Positions 22,946 to 33,691 of a stretch of DNA of 64,000 bases are shown here, one piece after another (within the stretch, counting starts at the first letter, position 1; every line of letters begins with the position of its first letter). Source of the stretch: Gammaproteobacteria bacterium (lineage in GTDB: Bacteria > Pseudomonadota > Gammaproteobacteria > GCA-002705445 > GCA-002716945); NCBI GenBank assembly GCA_038142325.1, contig JAYQJW010000002.1, forward strand, positions 587,328 through 651,327. The letters run 5' to 3'. The position numbers and the translations under genes were made by a program. The notes beneath the pieces were generated by a model. It searched no databases. It was not told where the DNA came from and saw nothing but the letters and a program-made list of their open reading frames with translations.

Positions 22946-24186
22946 TTAAAATCCGCTCTTATCTAAAATAACCAAAAATGTTTTAAAACATATCTCAATC
23001 TCTAGCCATATAGACCAATGCTTAATATAGTATAAATCATACATAAATTTTTGCTTTGCATCATTGAGATCAACCCATATGGATATATAATTTGTGCCCA
23101 ACCGGTTATTCCAGGTCGCACAGCATGCCTTAAATGATAATGATCTATATTCTGTTCATAGTTGTCAGCTAACTTTATCCATTCTGCACGTGGACCAACT
23201 AAATGCATTTGACCGAACATAATATTTAAAAGTTGTGGCAGTTCATCTAGCCTAAGATTTCTTATATTTTTTGCAAATGAATATACTCTTGGATCAGATT
23301 TCTCAGTATTACCAAACATTTCTGAATCTTCATACATTGTTCTGAATTTAATAATATTAAAGCTACATTTATTTAAACCATATCTTTTTTGTTTAAAAAA
23401 AATAGAATCATTAATTTTATTTTTCTTTTTCATAAAAAATGTATAGAAAATTAAAAGAATTAGGATTGGCAAAAGAATCGCTATAGCAATAAAGTCAATA
23501 GCTCTTTTTGCTAAATATGATGGTCTATCTAATGATTTAGGAAAGATATAGCTATAGTCTGATGTAATATTAACTTTTCTCAAGTATTGCTCAAAAAAAT
23601 CGTCTAAATTTATAATATTACTATCATGATAATCTTTAATATTAATAGTATCTAATTCTTTTTTAGATAAGTTTAGAACTAGTAATGATTTAGCCTTAAT
23701 AGAATTTATCAATTTTAAATTAAGGTCATCATGATAAAAAATAAGAAATCCTTTGTTTTCTAAAGTTTTTATTTCATGTTCATTAAAAGTATAAAAATTA
23801 CCGATTAAATGAATATCTGATTTAGTAGCATATTTTGATTTCTTTTTAATTATATATTTGACGATAAGTAGAGTTATTGGAATTACAATCCATATTAATA
23901 ATAGTAGATAATTTATCTCAAGCTCAGAATAATTAAGAATTATGAGTTGAATAAAAATTGCAAAAATCCAGGTAGAAAATGCAATCTTAATTTTTTCAGA
24001 AAAATGAATTAAGTAATAATCATTATAATAGCTTTTAATGATAGATAACAATATTACTGAAAGTGAAAACGAAATACAAAGGAGAAGATGATCTGAATTG
24101 ATGGAACCGTCAGATATGAAATATAAGGATACACCAACTAGTAATGGAATAAAAAAATCAATTAAGAATAAATAAAAAGATATCAT
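22946..24186 (-). CDS. Priming sugar transferase (WbaP/WcaJ-type polyprenyl glycosylphosphotransferase); frameshift near 23070
   Basis: N-terminal TM helices, KRAIDF, KFRTM, RLDELPQLLNI, VGPRAE and RPGITGWAQ; YDLYYIKHWS in another frame. Confidence 0.92.
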
Positions 24187-24222
24187 TTTAATGAATTTAG
24201 CATAGTTACGATTGAATAGTTA

Positions 24223-24293
24223 AGGCTAAGGTCGGAATCGAACCGGCGTTGACGGCTTTGCAGGCCGCTGCATTACCACTCTGCCACTTAGCC
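24223..24293 (-). tRNA. tRNA-Cys (GCA), CCA not encoded
   Basis: GGCTAAGTGGCAGAGTGGTAATGCAGCGGCCTGCAAAGCCGTCAACGCCGGTTCGATTCCGACCTTAGCCT. Confidence 0.96.
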
Positions 24294-24298
24294 AGATT

Positions 24299-24374
24299 TG
24301 GAGCGGGAAACGGGGCTCAAACCCGCGACCTCAACCTTGGCAAGGTTGCGCTCTATCAACTGAGCTATTCCCGC
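24299..24374 (-). tRNA. tRNA-Gly (GCC)
   Basis: GCGGGAATAGCTCAGTTGATAGAGCGCAACCTTGCCAAGGTTGAGGTCGCGGGTTTGAGCCCCGTTTCCCGCTCCA. Confidence 0.96.
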
Positions 24375-24378
24375 ATGA

Positions 24379-24936
24379 TTATTCAATTATATCACTCCAG
24401 GCATTTCTTACATAATAAATGAATGACACAACTGTAAGAATTGCAGCTATGAATAATAACAATAAGCCAATGATATGTAAATTTATATAACTATTTACTA
24501 TGTTGGTATGCAAAAGAAGAAAAAGTGAAAACATTTGAAATCCTGTCTTTATTTTACCTAATGCATTTACCTTAATAGATATATTTGATTTAAGTTCTGC
24601 TAGTCGCTGCCTTATAGCAATTACCAGAAATTCTCTAGATACTATAATTAGTGATGATACAAGAAAAAATATAGATTCATGCTCTCTGCCTAACAAAATA
24701 ATCGTAATTACAATAAGTAATTTATCTGCTATCGGATCAAGAAATTCACCAAATGATGTAGTTTGATTAAACCTTCTTGCAATGAAGCCATCAAAATAAT
24801 CAGTTAATAAAGCTAACAAGAAAATATATGCAGATAAATTTCTATATAGTCCGGCTTGATATATATAAAAATATACAATTAATGGAATGAAAAGAATTCT
24901 AATTATTGTTAGTACTGTTGGAATATTTAAAATCAT
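24379..24936 (-). CDS. pgsA: CDP-diacylglycerol--glycerol-3-phosphate 3-phosphatidyltransferase
   Basis: TDYFDGFIAR...FGEFLDPIADK; uvrC-pgsA-tRNA synteny. Confidence 0.96.
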   Translation of the reverse strand: MILNIPTVLTIIRILFIPLIVYFYIYQAGLYRNLSAYIFLLALLTDYFDGFIARRFNQTTSFGEFLDPIADKLLIVITIILLGREHESIFFLVSSLIIVSREFLVIAIRQRLAELKSNISIKVNALGKIKTGFQMFSLFLLLHTNIVNSYINLHIIGLLLLFIAAILTVVSFIYYVRNAWSDIIE

Positions 24937-26709
24937 TTATGGATATTTTGATATATAATATTGGCTAACTTTTCACTTATCCCTTCCACCTTTTTTAATT
25001 CCCTAACAGATGCCTTAATTACTCCCTGAATTCCTCCAAAATAATTGATAATATTCTTTTTTCTCTCGTCACCTATTCCTGGTATTCCATCAAGCTTTGA
25101 ATTGAACATAAGTTTATTATGCCTTCTTCTTTGATTCATGATAGCAAATCTATGAGCTTCATCTCTTATTGATTGTATTAATGATAAGGCTGAATTATTT
25201 ATATTATTTGTTATGTCAGTATTCTGTTGATCGAGAACTTTATCGTTTTTTGTAAGTCGATTCAAGCCATTATGTATTCCGATGATAAATGTATTCTTAC
25301 ACTTTAATTCATTAATAATCTTTTTAGCTTGAGTAATTTGACCTTTGCCACCATCAACAATTAGCAAAATATTTGAGTTAATATAATTATCAACTTTTAT
25401 TGTCCTACGTCTTATTATTTCTCTTAGTGCCGCATAATCATCTGATTTATTATTATTCCTTATATTATATTTTCTATAATTTGATTTATTGAAGCCTTCT
25501 TGATCGAAATAAATAGCTGACCCAACTGCTGAACTGCCGCTTATATGGCTCACATCAAAACATAAGATAAAATCTATTTTAATCCTTAATTGTTTGCTTA
25601 AATTATCTAAAGGATTTAAATCATTTTTAATCAGTTTCATAGATCTGTTCACCAAATTAGTTTTACATAAATTAATGAAATCTAAGTACTTTTTATCTAT
25701 ACGGTTTATAATTTTCGATTTTTGTTTAAATTTTTTATTTATAACTGATTCAATAATCTTCTTATCAAGAATTTTTTCTTTTGAAATTATAAGATTAGGC
25801 GGTACATGAATTAAGTAATATTGTTTAAAAAATGAATTTATTATCTCATCAGCATTTTGATGAGTTGAATTAGAGAAAGTGAAATTTTTGCAACCCATGT
25901 TAACGCCATTTCTTATAATATTAATATCTATGAGAACTTTAGTATCGTTTACATGAGTTAATATGAAGTCAATGCTCTGGTCTTCAGGGAATATAGAATA
26001 GTGGCTTGCGATATCTCTTACTAAGGCAATTGAGTCTCTGTATTTTGCTGCAAGCTCGTATTCCTTTTTATTAGATGCATTGTTCATGTCTTTTTCCATT
26101 TGTAAAAAAAGAGATTTTGTTTCGCCCTTTAAAAACATCGCAGCACTATTTACTTTTTTTATAATCATAATCTTTTATTAACCCAACACATGGAGCAGAG
26201 CATCTTTTAATTTGATATTGAAGGCATGGTTTTTTCCTTGATTCAAAATAGCTATCTTCACACAATCTAATTAAAAATGTCTTTTGAATTATTGATAGTA
26301 TTTTTCTTACATTACTAACATGTGTATATGGTCCAAACACCCGACCTTCTTCATTTAAATTTCCTCTAAAAAATTTGAAACCAGGAAATTGATGTTTTTT
26401 ACTCATATATATATATGGATATGATTTATCATCTCTTAGAAGAACATTATATTTTGGCTTATACTCTTTTATTAAATTATTTTCTAACAATAATGCATCT
26501 TGCTCATTTGAAGTAATCTGATAGTCAATATCTCTAATGTTGTGAACCAATCTTTGTGTTTTAACAGATTGATTAGATTTTGTAAAATACGATGCAACTC
26601 TTTTCTTTAAATTGCCTGCCTTACCAATATAGAGTATGGTTTTTGACTCATCTAGCATTTTATATACACCAGGAGTAGATGGTAGATTTTTAAGAAACTC
26701 TTTTTTCAT
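24933..26709 (-). CDS. uvrC: Excinuclease ABC subunit C; frameshift near 26160
   Basis: GIY-YIG (PGVY, YIGKA), RDDKSYPY, FDVSH, VDGGKGQ, IRDEAHRFAI and HhH. Confidence 0.95.
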
Positions 26710-27283
26710 TAGCGATTATTTTTGCTTGTTTAAAAACACTCGTCAGTGACTCTTTTTTAAGCCTTCCTGTATTTATATTTATCCTACTACAATGATATGA
26801 AGATAATAAAATTTTTTCATCTGATAACTTAATTTTTCTACCATGTTTGAATTTATAATCATTGTATTTCAAAGAATATATTTTCAATATTTGTCTGTAT
26901 GCAAGCTCTCCAAGAGTAATTATAACTTTTAGATTCTTAAGCTTTGATAATTCCTCTATATTATTAAGATGACAATTATTGATTTCTGTTTTTAATGGCT
27001 TGTTTTTATCAGGATAACATCTAACAATATTTGTTATAAATATTTCAGATATACATAACTTATTTAAAATACTTCTTATGATTTTACCTGAGAAATCTCC
27101 AGTGAAGGGAATCCCAGTTCTATTTGCTCCATGTAAGCCTGGCGCAAGACCAAATACACATATACTTGAGTTACAATTACCTTTACCAGCAATAGGTTTA
27201 CAAAAATATGAGGGATATTTAATTTGTATTTTTTTTAGATGAGCCTGTATGCGAGAGCATTTAGTGCAGGAAGATATTTTCAT
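26690..27283 (-). CDS. Uracil-DNA glycosylase, family 5 (UdgB-like)
   Basis: CxxC, GLAPGLHGANRTGIPFTGD and SYHCS...NTGRL. Confidence 0.9.
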   Translation of the reverse strand: MKISSCTKCSRIQAHLKKIQIKYPSYFCKPIAGKGNCNSSICVFGLAPGLHGANRTGIPFTGDFSGKIIRSILNKLCISEIFITNIVRCYPDKNKPLKTEINNCHLNNIEELSKLKNLKVIITLGELAYRQILKIYSLKYNDYKFKHGRKIKLSDEKILLSSYHCSRININTGRLKKESLTSVFKQAKIIANEKRVS

Positions 27284-28220
27284 TTAATATTTTAATAGAA
27301 TAGAGCCCCATGTAAAACCAGCACCGAATGCCTCAAGCATGATATAGTCATTTTTTTGAATATGTTCTTATTATTTGCTGTATCAAATGCAATCGGAATT
27401 GAAGCTGCTGATGTATTACCATGTTCATTAACAGTTATAATTATTTTTTCTTTAGGTAAACTAATTTTTTTGCTATTGCAAGTATGATTCTTTCATTAGC
27501 TTGATGAGGAACAAGCCAGTTGAGCTGTTCATGCTCAATATTATTTATCTCAAGTGTGTGTTTAGCAAGTTTCCCAAGTGTATTTACAGCAGTTTTAAAT
27601 ACATCACTTCCTTTCATTTCAATATAATCAGAATCTGTATTTACAGTCAAAAGATCTTTGTAAGAACCATCCGAACCAATTGTACTTGACATTATACCTG
27701 CCTCTTCAGATGAACCTATAATCATTGCTCCTGCTCCATCGCCAAATAATACACATGTATTTCTATCTGACCAATCTAGAAGTGATGTAATTTTTTCAGT
27801 TCCTACAACAAGTGCATATTTAAACTGATTAGATTCAATGTATTTCTTTGCTACATCAAGAGCATATATAAACCCAGTGCATGCAGCATTCATATCTACA
27901 GAAAATGCATTTTTAATATTAAGTTTATTTTGAAGTAAAACAGCAGTGCTAGGAAATTTACGCTCTGGTGTACAAGTTGCTAAAAATATTGCACCTATTT
28001 CATCTTTATTAATACCCGACTTTTGTATTGCATCTATTGATGCTTCGTATGCCATGTCTACAGAAGTCTCATCATCGGAAGCTACTCTTCTCTCCTTAAT
28101 ACCCGTTCTCTCAGTAATCCACTCATCACTTGTATCAACCATATTTTCAAGCTCTTTGTTTGTGAGGATTCTTTCAGGAAGATAACTTCCGCTTGAAATA
28201 ACTTTTGCAAATTTATTCAT
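27284..28220 (-). CDS. fabH: Beta-ketoacyl-ACP synthase III; frameshifts in the 3' part
   Basis: [14 protein letters not shown] and PHQAN; [10 protein letters not shown] and AFGAGFTWG in downstream frames. Confidence 0.95.
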
Positions 28221-29229
28221 TTAATTCTCTATTAGTATATTTTTTAATACTCTCAATCAAGTTATTTTTTGATTCAAAGTATGCAGTTTTTATTGCATTG
28301 CTATACGAAAAATCGTCTGCGCTTCCATGACTTTTAACTACTATACCATTTAACCCTAGAAAAGATGCGCCGTTATATATTCTTGGGTCCATTTTCTTTT
28401 TAATACCACTCAAGACAGGAAGACTTATGAGTGACGATAACTTATTATAAATATTTTTATTAAATTCAGTTTTTATAAAATGCTTAATCATGCCTGCAAC
28501 ACCTTCAATGCTTTTTAAAGCAATATTTCCAGTGAACCCATCCGTAACAATAACATCATATTCTCCACTAAACATTTGATCACCTTCTACGAAACCGACA
28601 TAATTAAGATTAGATGCATTCAGTAAATCTGCTGCAGATTTAATTTCATATTTTCCTTTAAATTCTTCTGAACCGATATTTAATAAGCCAACTCTAGGTT
28701 TTTTCGTTATTTCCAAGCTTTCTACTACTGCAGAGCCCATAACTGCAAATTGAAATAGATTTTCTGCATCACACTCTATATTTGCTCCAAGATCAAGAAC
28801 TTGCATAAAACCTTTTTTGGTAGGTAAAGAAGTACAAATTGCTGGTCTATCTACGCCACTAATGGTTTTAAGAATGATTTTTGATAAAGACATTAATGCA
28901 CCGGTATTTCCTGCACTCACACATGCGTCAGCTTTATTTTGTTTTACGCAATTAATTGCAATACGCATAGAGGATTTCTTTTTTATTTCTTATAGAATGC
29001 ATAACATCTTCATCCATTCTTATATATTCTTCGGTATGCTCTGTAGCCATGCGTTTTTTTAAAGAGTTATCCAGTTTATCTGTAAAGATATTAATTATTT
29101 TTTGTCGCCGACTAATATGACGTTAAGATCACTGTGATTTTCGAGAGATTTAACAGCGCCATTTAGCGCCGCTTCAGGTCCATTATCTCCACTCATTACA
29201 TCTAATGCTATCGTGATAGATTTGGACAT
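28213..29229 (-). CDS. plsX: Phosphate acyltransferase PlsX; frameshifts in the 5' part
   Basis: IALDVMSGDNGP at the start, SAGNTGALM, LDLGAN, DGFTGNIALK and VKSHGSAD. Confidence 0.95.
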
Positions 29230-29241
29230 TATATGACTAGT

Positions 29242-29451
29242 TTACTGTTCTGGAGCAGCTTCTTCTTTAGGTTTTTTCACTTTTGGCGTAAAGATTTCTT
29301 TGCCTCGGTAAAAACCATCTTTTGCAATATGATGTCTGAGGTGCTTTGATCCAGTAGTTTTATCAGAAGATACAGGCATAGCTGTTAGTGAATCATGAGA
29401 CCTTCTCATATCACGTTTAGATCTTGATTTTTTACTCTTTTGAACAGCCAT
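29242..29451 (-). CDS. rpmF: 50S ribosomal protein L32 (Cys-less form)
   Basis: [19 protein letters not shown]...HLRHH...GFYRG. Confidence 0.97.
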   Translation of the reverse strand: MAVQKSKKSRSKRDMRRSHDSLTAMPVSSDKTTGSKHLRHHIAKDGFYRGKEIFTPKVKKPKEEAAPEQ

Positions 29452-29564
29452 TATATTTATCCATTAATTTGGTTAACGTATTCTAAGCAATAATATACGC
29501 ACAAGCAATTGTTAATAGCAATTTTCACAATTTTATATAATTTGTTGATATTATCACTAGGAAT

Positions 29565-30146
29565 ATGAAAATTATCCTAGCTTCAAGCTCAATCTTCAGA
29601 AGACAATTAATGTCAAAATTGGGCGTACCTTTTGATCATATATCACCAGATATAGATGAAACGAGGCTAAAAGGAGAAACAGTAAAAGATTATGTAAAGC
29701 GATTATCAATTCAGAAGGCATTTAAAATAGCAAAAGATCAATCTAATGCTATTGTTATTGGGTCCGATGAGGTAGCAGATTTGGATGGAATAATATTAGG
29801 AAAGCCGAAAACTAAAATTAATGCGAAGAAACAATTAAAAATGTTATCTAATAGCAAGGTAATCTTTCGAACGGGTCTATGTGTAATGAATTCTAATTCT
29901 AAAAAATATTATTCCTCTGTCAATAATTATACTATATATTTCAAGAGTTTAACTGATAGTCTTATAGAATCTTATTTAAGAAGTGATGATGTGCTCAATT
30001 GTGCTGCAAGTATAAGAATTGAGGGTACTGCCATTAACTTGGTTAAAAGCATGAAAGGAAGTGATCCTTCATCCATTATGGGTTTACCTTTGTTAAAATT
30101 GATTGAATATTTAGAGAAATTTAATATCAAGACTCTAGGTAAATAG
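29565..30146 (+). CDS. maf: Maf family nucleotide pyrophosphatase (YceF-like)
   Basis: IILASSS..RR, IDET, IGSD, LGKP and IMGLP; divergent from rpmF. Confidence 0.92.
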   Translation: MKIILASSSIFRRQLMSKLGVPFDHISPDIDETRLKGETVKDYVKRLSIQKAFKIAKDQSNAIVIGSDEVADLDGIILGKPKTKINAKKQLKMLSNSKVIFRTGLCVMNSNSKKYYSSVNNYTIYFKSLTDSLIESYLRSDDVLNCAASIRIEGTAINLVKSMKGSDPSSIMGLPLLKLIEYLEKFNIKTLGK

Positions 30147-30149
30147 ATA

Positions 30150-31091
30150 TTAGCTTTGAAAATGATCGTAACCTGAGACCTTTGGAATATAGTTTTTCCC
30201 ATGAATTCTATAGCTAAATCCTGATTTACAAATTGTACCTATTTTAGTAATTTTAATTTTATATTTATTAGATAAATCATTGATAATACGAGAATATTTT
30301 CTATCGCATGTAAAGCAAAGTTCGTAATCTTCTCCGCCACCTAATATACATATTTCTCTTAATTTCTTAGACACATAAAAGTTAAATTTCGGTTTAATAG
30401 GGATTTTGTCAACATCAACAATAAAGCCTTTTCTAGAGGATATGGCAATATTTTTAAGATCTTTCGCGATCCCATCTGATATATCAATGCATGAAGATGC
30501 AAATTTTGATATTTCAAGCCCAATATTAACTCTAGGTATCGGATTTACTAAGTGCTTCCTGAAATAATTATGTCCCTCGCTACCTCTTTTTAATAAAAGT
30601 GCTGCTCTCGCGCTACCAATGTTGCCGGTGACATATATATCATCGTTAATTTTAGCTTTGTCACGCCTAAGGATTTTATACTTTTGCTCTCCAATTAAAG
30701 TAATAGATACACTCAATGGTCCTTTTGTAGTATCTCCGCCAATGATTGAAATTTTATGTTTTTTTAATAATTTTGTAACGCCTTTAAAGAATCTATTAAT
30801 CCAAGTTGCTGACATTTTTGGTAAAGTTAGGGCAAATAAAGCATACTTTGGTGTACAGCCCATTGCCGCTATATCACTAATGTTTGTTACAAGTGACTTG
30901 TGGCCTATTTCTTCTGGAGTATAGTCTTTAGTAAAATGTGGGCCAAGTAATGACGTATCAGTAGTGACGACATATTTATGTTTTGGGTGAAATTTTAATA
31001 CTGCACAATCATCGCCAATACCTTTAATAATATTTTTATCAAATGTTTTTATTTTCTCTAAGAATTTGACAAAATCAGATTCACTTTTCAT
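30150..31091 (-). CDS. thiL: Thiamine-phosphate kinase
   Basis: GIGDDCA, NISDIAAMG, GGDTT, DISDG and GGEDYELCFT. Confidence 0.95.
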   Translation of the reverse strand: MKSESDFVKFLEKIKTFDKNIIKGIGDDCAVLKFHPKHKYVVTTDTSLLGPHFTKDYTPEEIGHKSLVTNISDIAAMGCTPKYALFALTLPKMSATWINRFFKGVTKLLKKHKISIIGGDTTKGPLSVSITLIGEQKYKILRRDKAKINDDIYVTGNIGSARAALLLKRGSEGHNYFRKHLVNPIPRVNIGLEISKFASSCIDISDGIAKDLKNIAISSRKGFIVDVDKIPIKPKFNFYVSKKLREICILGGGEDYELCFTCDRKYSRIINDLSNKYKIKITKIGTICKSGFSYRIHGKNYIPKVSGYDHFQS

Positions 31092-31491
31092 GACTTTCTT
31101 GCTCAAGTACCTGATCAAGTATTTTATTTAAAAATGTATACATTTTAGGTGATGAATATTTCTTTGCTAAATTTATATATTCATTAATGATTATATTTTT
31201 TGAATTATTAATATAAATAAATTCACAAATACCAAGATGAATAATACATTCATCAAGTAATGGCATATGGCTCGGATTAATATCAACTTTATCCCTTAGT
31301 AATTGAAAGATGCTTTCCTTATTGATTTCATATTGATGAAGAATAGATTCTAGCAAATCCTCATCATATTTACGTTTCTCGACAAAGTTTTTCATAATTA
31401 TATTTAAAGATTCATTTTGAACTTTCATTTGATATAAAATTTTGATTGCTGATTCCCTTGCAATCATTTGGGGTTTATATTTTTTATTCAT
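31081..31491 (-). CDS. nusB: Transcription antitermination factor NusB
   Basis: ARE.A...LYQ and IINEYINLAKKY...FLNKILD; ribH-nusB-thiL synteny. Confidence 0.88.
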   Translation of the reverse strand: MNKKYKPQMIARESAIKILYQMKVQNESLNIIMKNFVEKRKYDEDLLESILHQYEINKESIFQLLRDKVDINPSHMPLLDECIIHLGICEFIYINNSKNIIINEYINLAKKYSSPKMYTFLNKILDQVLEQESHEK

Positions 31492-32021
31492 TGAAATATT
31501 GAGAAAAATCTAGAATCTTAAGTGCTGCATTGGCAAATTCTTTCCCTTTATTTAATTTGGAACCTGCTCTTTCTATAGCTTGTGAATTATTTTCAACCGT
31601 CAAAACTCCATTTAATATCGGTGTTTTAGTCTCAACAGAGAGATTCATAAGTGCATTGGTCACGCTGGATGATAAAAAATCATAATGTTTTGTATCTCCT
31701 TTGATTATGCACCCTATTGTCAAGACAATTAAAGGTCTATGTCTATTGATGATTCTTTTACAAAAAACTAGGAATTTCAAATGCTCCGCCTGGAACTTCA
31801 AGGTAAACAATATTGCCATGATAATTTTTATCTGAAAGCTCATTAAGAAAACCATTTGCTAAACTTTGATTTATAGAGAGATTATAATTAGAATACAAAA
31901 TTGCAATATCTAAATTCTTATTTGATTTTTTTTGGAACTCTAGGAAAGAAGAATATTCATAACTTATCTTCTTCTCATTTAAAATTATCAACTGTTTATG
32001 ATCAATTTCTATTCTAGACAT
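31484..32021 (-). CDS. ribH: 6,7-dimethyl-8-ribityllumazine synthase; frameshifted, start uncertain
   Basis: VPG-AFEIP, GCIIKGDTKHYD and NGVLT...QAIERAG..NKG. Confidence 0.88.
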
Positions 32022-32022
32022 T

Positions 32023-33111
32023 TTACTTAGTGATGTGTTTGACAACTTCTAAACCAAAAGCATTGATGCCATGATATTTTTTTGGCGCACTCATTAAATG
32101 CATCTTTCTTACCCCTAGGTCATTTAGTATTTGAGCTCCAATACCAACTGTTCGATAATCCTCATACACTCCTTTGTTTGATTTCTTTTGTTGGATAAGT
32201 TCAATATTTGAAGTGTCATGCTCAGACATTGTGTTTGTAATATATACAAGAACACCCTGTTTAGATTTAGCAATTTTTTTCAAAGCATCATCAATTGGCC
32301 AACTACTAGGTGATAGTAAACCAATAGCGTCCGTGAGTGTATTTTGAACATGTACACGAGTAAGCGTTGGTTTTTCAGGTGAAATTTTATTTTTAACTAG
32401 GGCAAAGTGAATATTGGATGTAAGAATATCCTTATAAAAGATTGATGTAAAAGGACCATGTTTAGTCTTAATAGTTTGTTGGCTAATTCTTTGAATTGTT
32501 TTTTCATTAGAAATTCGATATTTAATTAGCTCTTCAATTGTCCCAATTTTTAAGTTATGTTTTTTAGCGAATAGTATTAAATCCTTCTTTCTTGCCATCG
32601 TCCCATCTTCATTTAATATTTCTACAATGACAGAAGACGGTTCTAAGCCGGCTAACCTTGCAAGATCACAACCTGCTTCGGTATGTCCAGCGCGTGTCAG
32701 AACCCCACCATTTTTTGCCATAATAGGAAATATATGTCCTGGGCGAGCAAAATCATTCGCTTTTGCGTTTTTCTTAACTGCCGCGTTAATTGTTTTAGCT
32801 CTGTCTGATGCTGAAATACCAGTTGTGACGCCTCTGATAGCATCAATTGAGACAGTAAAGTTTGTCTCTTTTGAGGTTTCACCACCGCTTTGTTTTAACA
32901 GTGAGAGATTGAGAGCCTTACATCTTGATTCTGTTAAAGTAAGACAGATTAAACCTCGACCTTTAGATGCCATAAAATTAATATCTGAAGGCTTCACAAA
33001 TTGAGACGCCATAATTAAGTCTCCCTCATTTTCTCTATTCTCATCATCCATAATAATGACCATATCGCCTTTCTTGATCGATTCAATAATTTCATCAATT
33101 TTATTAATCAT
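32023..33111 (-). CDS. ribB: DHBP synthase fused to a degenerate GTP cyclohydrolase II domain (RibBX type)
   Basis: DDENRENEGD, TTGISA and RAGHTEA; the C-domain RVHVQN lacks the Zn cysteines. Confidence 0.93.
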   Translation of the reverse strand: MINKIDEIIESIKKGDMVIIMDDENRENEGDLIMASQFVKPSDINFMASKGRGLICLTLTESRCKALNLSLLKQSGGETSKETNFTVSIDAIRGVTTGISASDRAKTINAAVKKNAKANDFARPGHIFPIMAKNGGVLTRAGHTEAGCDLARLAGLEPSSVIVEILNEDGTMARKKDLILFAKKHNLKIGTIEELIKYRISNEKTIQRISQQTIKTKHGPFTSIFYKDILTSNIHFALVKNKISPEKPTLTRVHVQNTLTDAIGLLSPSSWPIDDALKKIAKSKQGVLVYITNTMSEHDTSNIELIQQKKSNKGVYEDYRTVGIGAQILNDLGVRKMHLMSAPKKYHGINAFGLEVVKHITK

Positions 33112-33691
33112 TATTTTTACCTAATTTTTCAATGTACTTTGCAAGAACATCTATCTCTATATTTAAGACACTTCCAGCTTTACAATATTTAAAAGTAGTA
33201 TTCTCATATGTGTGCGGGATTATCATAACAGTAAACTCGTTTTCCATCACCTCATTTACAGTCAAGCTAACACCATTAATCGAAATAGAGCCTTTTTGAA
33301 TTATATATCTCATATATTTAGATTCTAATTTAAATTTTACATACCATGAGTTTTCAATTTTATATAATTCAGATATTTCAGATGTTGTGTCAACGTGGCC
33401 TTGAACAATATGTCCTGATAATAATTTATTGACTGTGAGAGATTTCTCTAAATTTACAAAATCTCCTTTACTGATGAATTTAAAATTAGAAAGATTATAA
33501 GTTTCAGGGGAAATACTAAATGTGTAAAAAGAATTGTTTATATTTTCAACCGTTAAGCAAACCCCATTAACACAAATACTATCCCCTAATGACGAATTAA
33601 AACCATCAAAACCAATACATAGTTTATGCGATACTTCATCTTTAGTTAACGATTCAACTTTACCTATTTTTTCGATGATACCTGTGAACAT
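33104..33691 (-). CDS. ribE: Riboflavin synthase
   Basis: MFTGII, GDSICVNGVCLT and GHIVQGHVD. Confidence 0.96.
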   Translation of the reverse strand: MFTGIIEKIGKVESLTKDEVSHKLCIGFDGFNSSLGDSICVNGVCLTVENINNSFYTFSISPETYNLSNFKFISKGDFVNLEKSLTVNKLLSGHIVQGHVDTTSEISELYKIENSWYVKFKLESKYMRYIIQKGSISINGVSLTVNEVMENEFTVMIIPHTYENTTFKYCKAGSVLNIEIDVLAKYIEKLGKNND

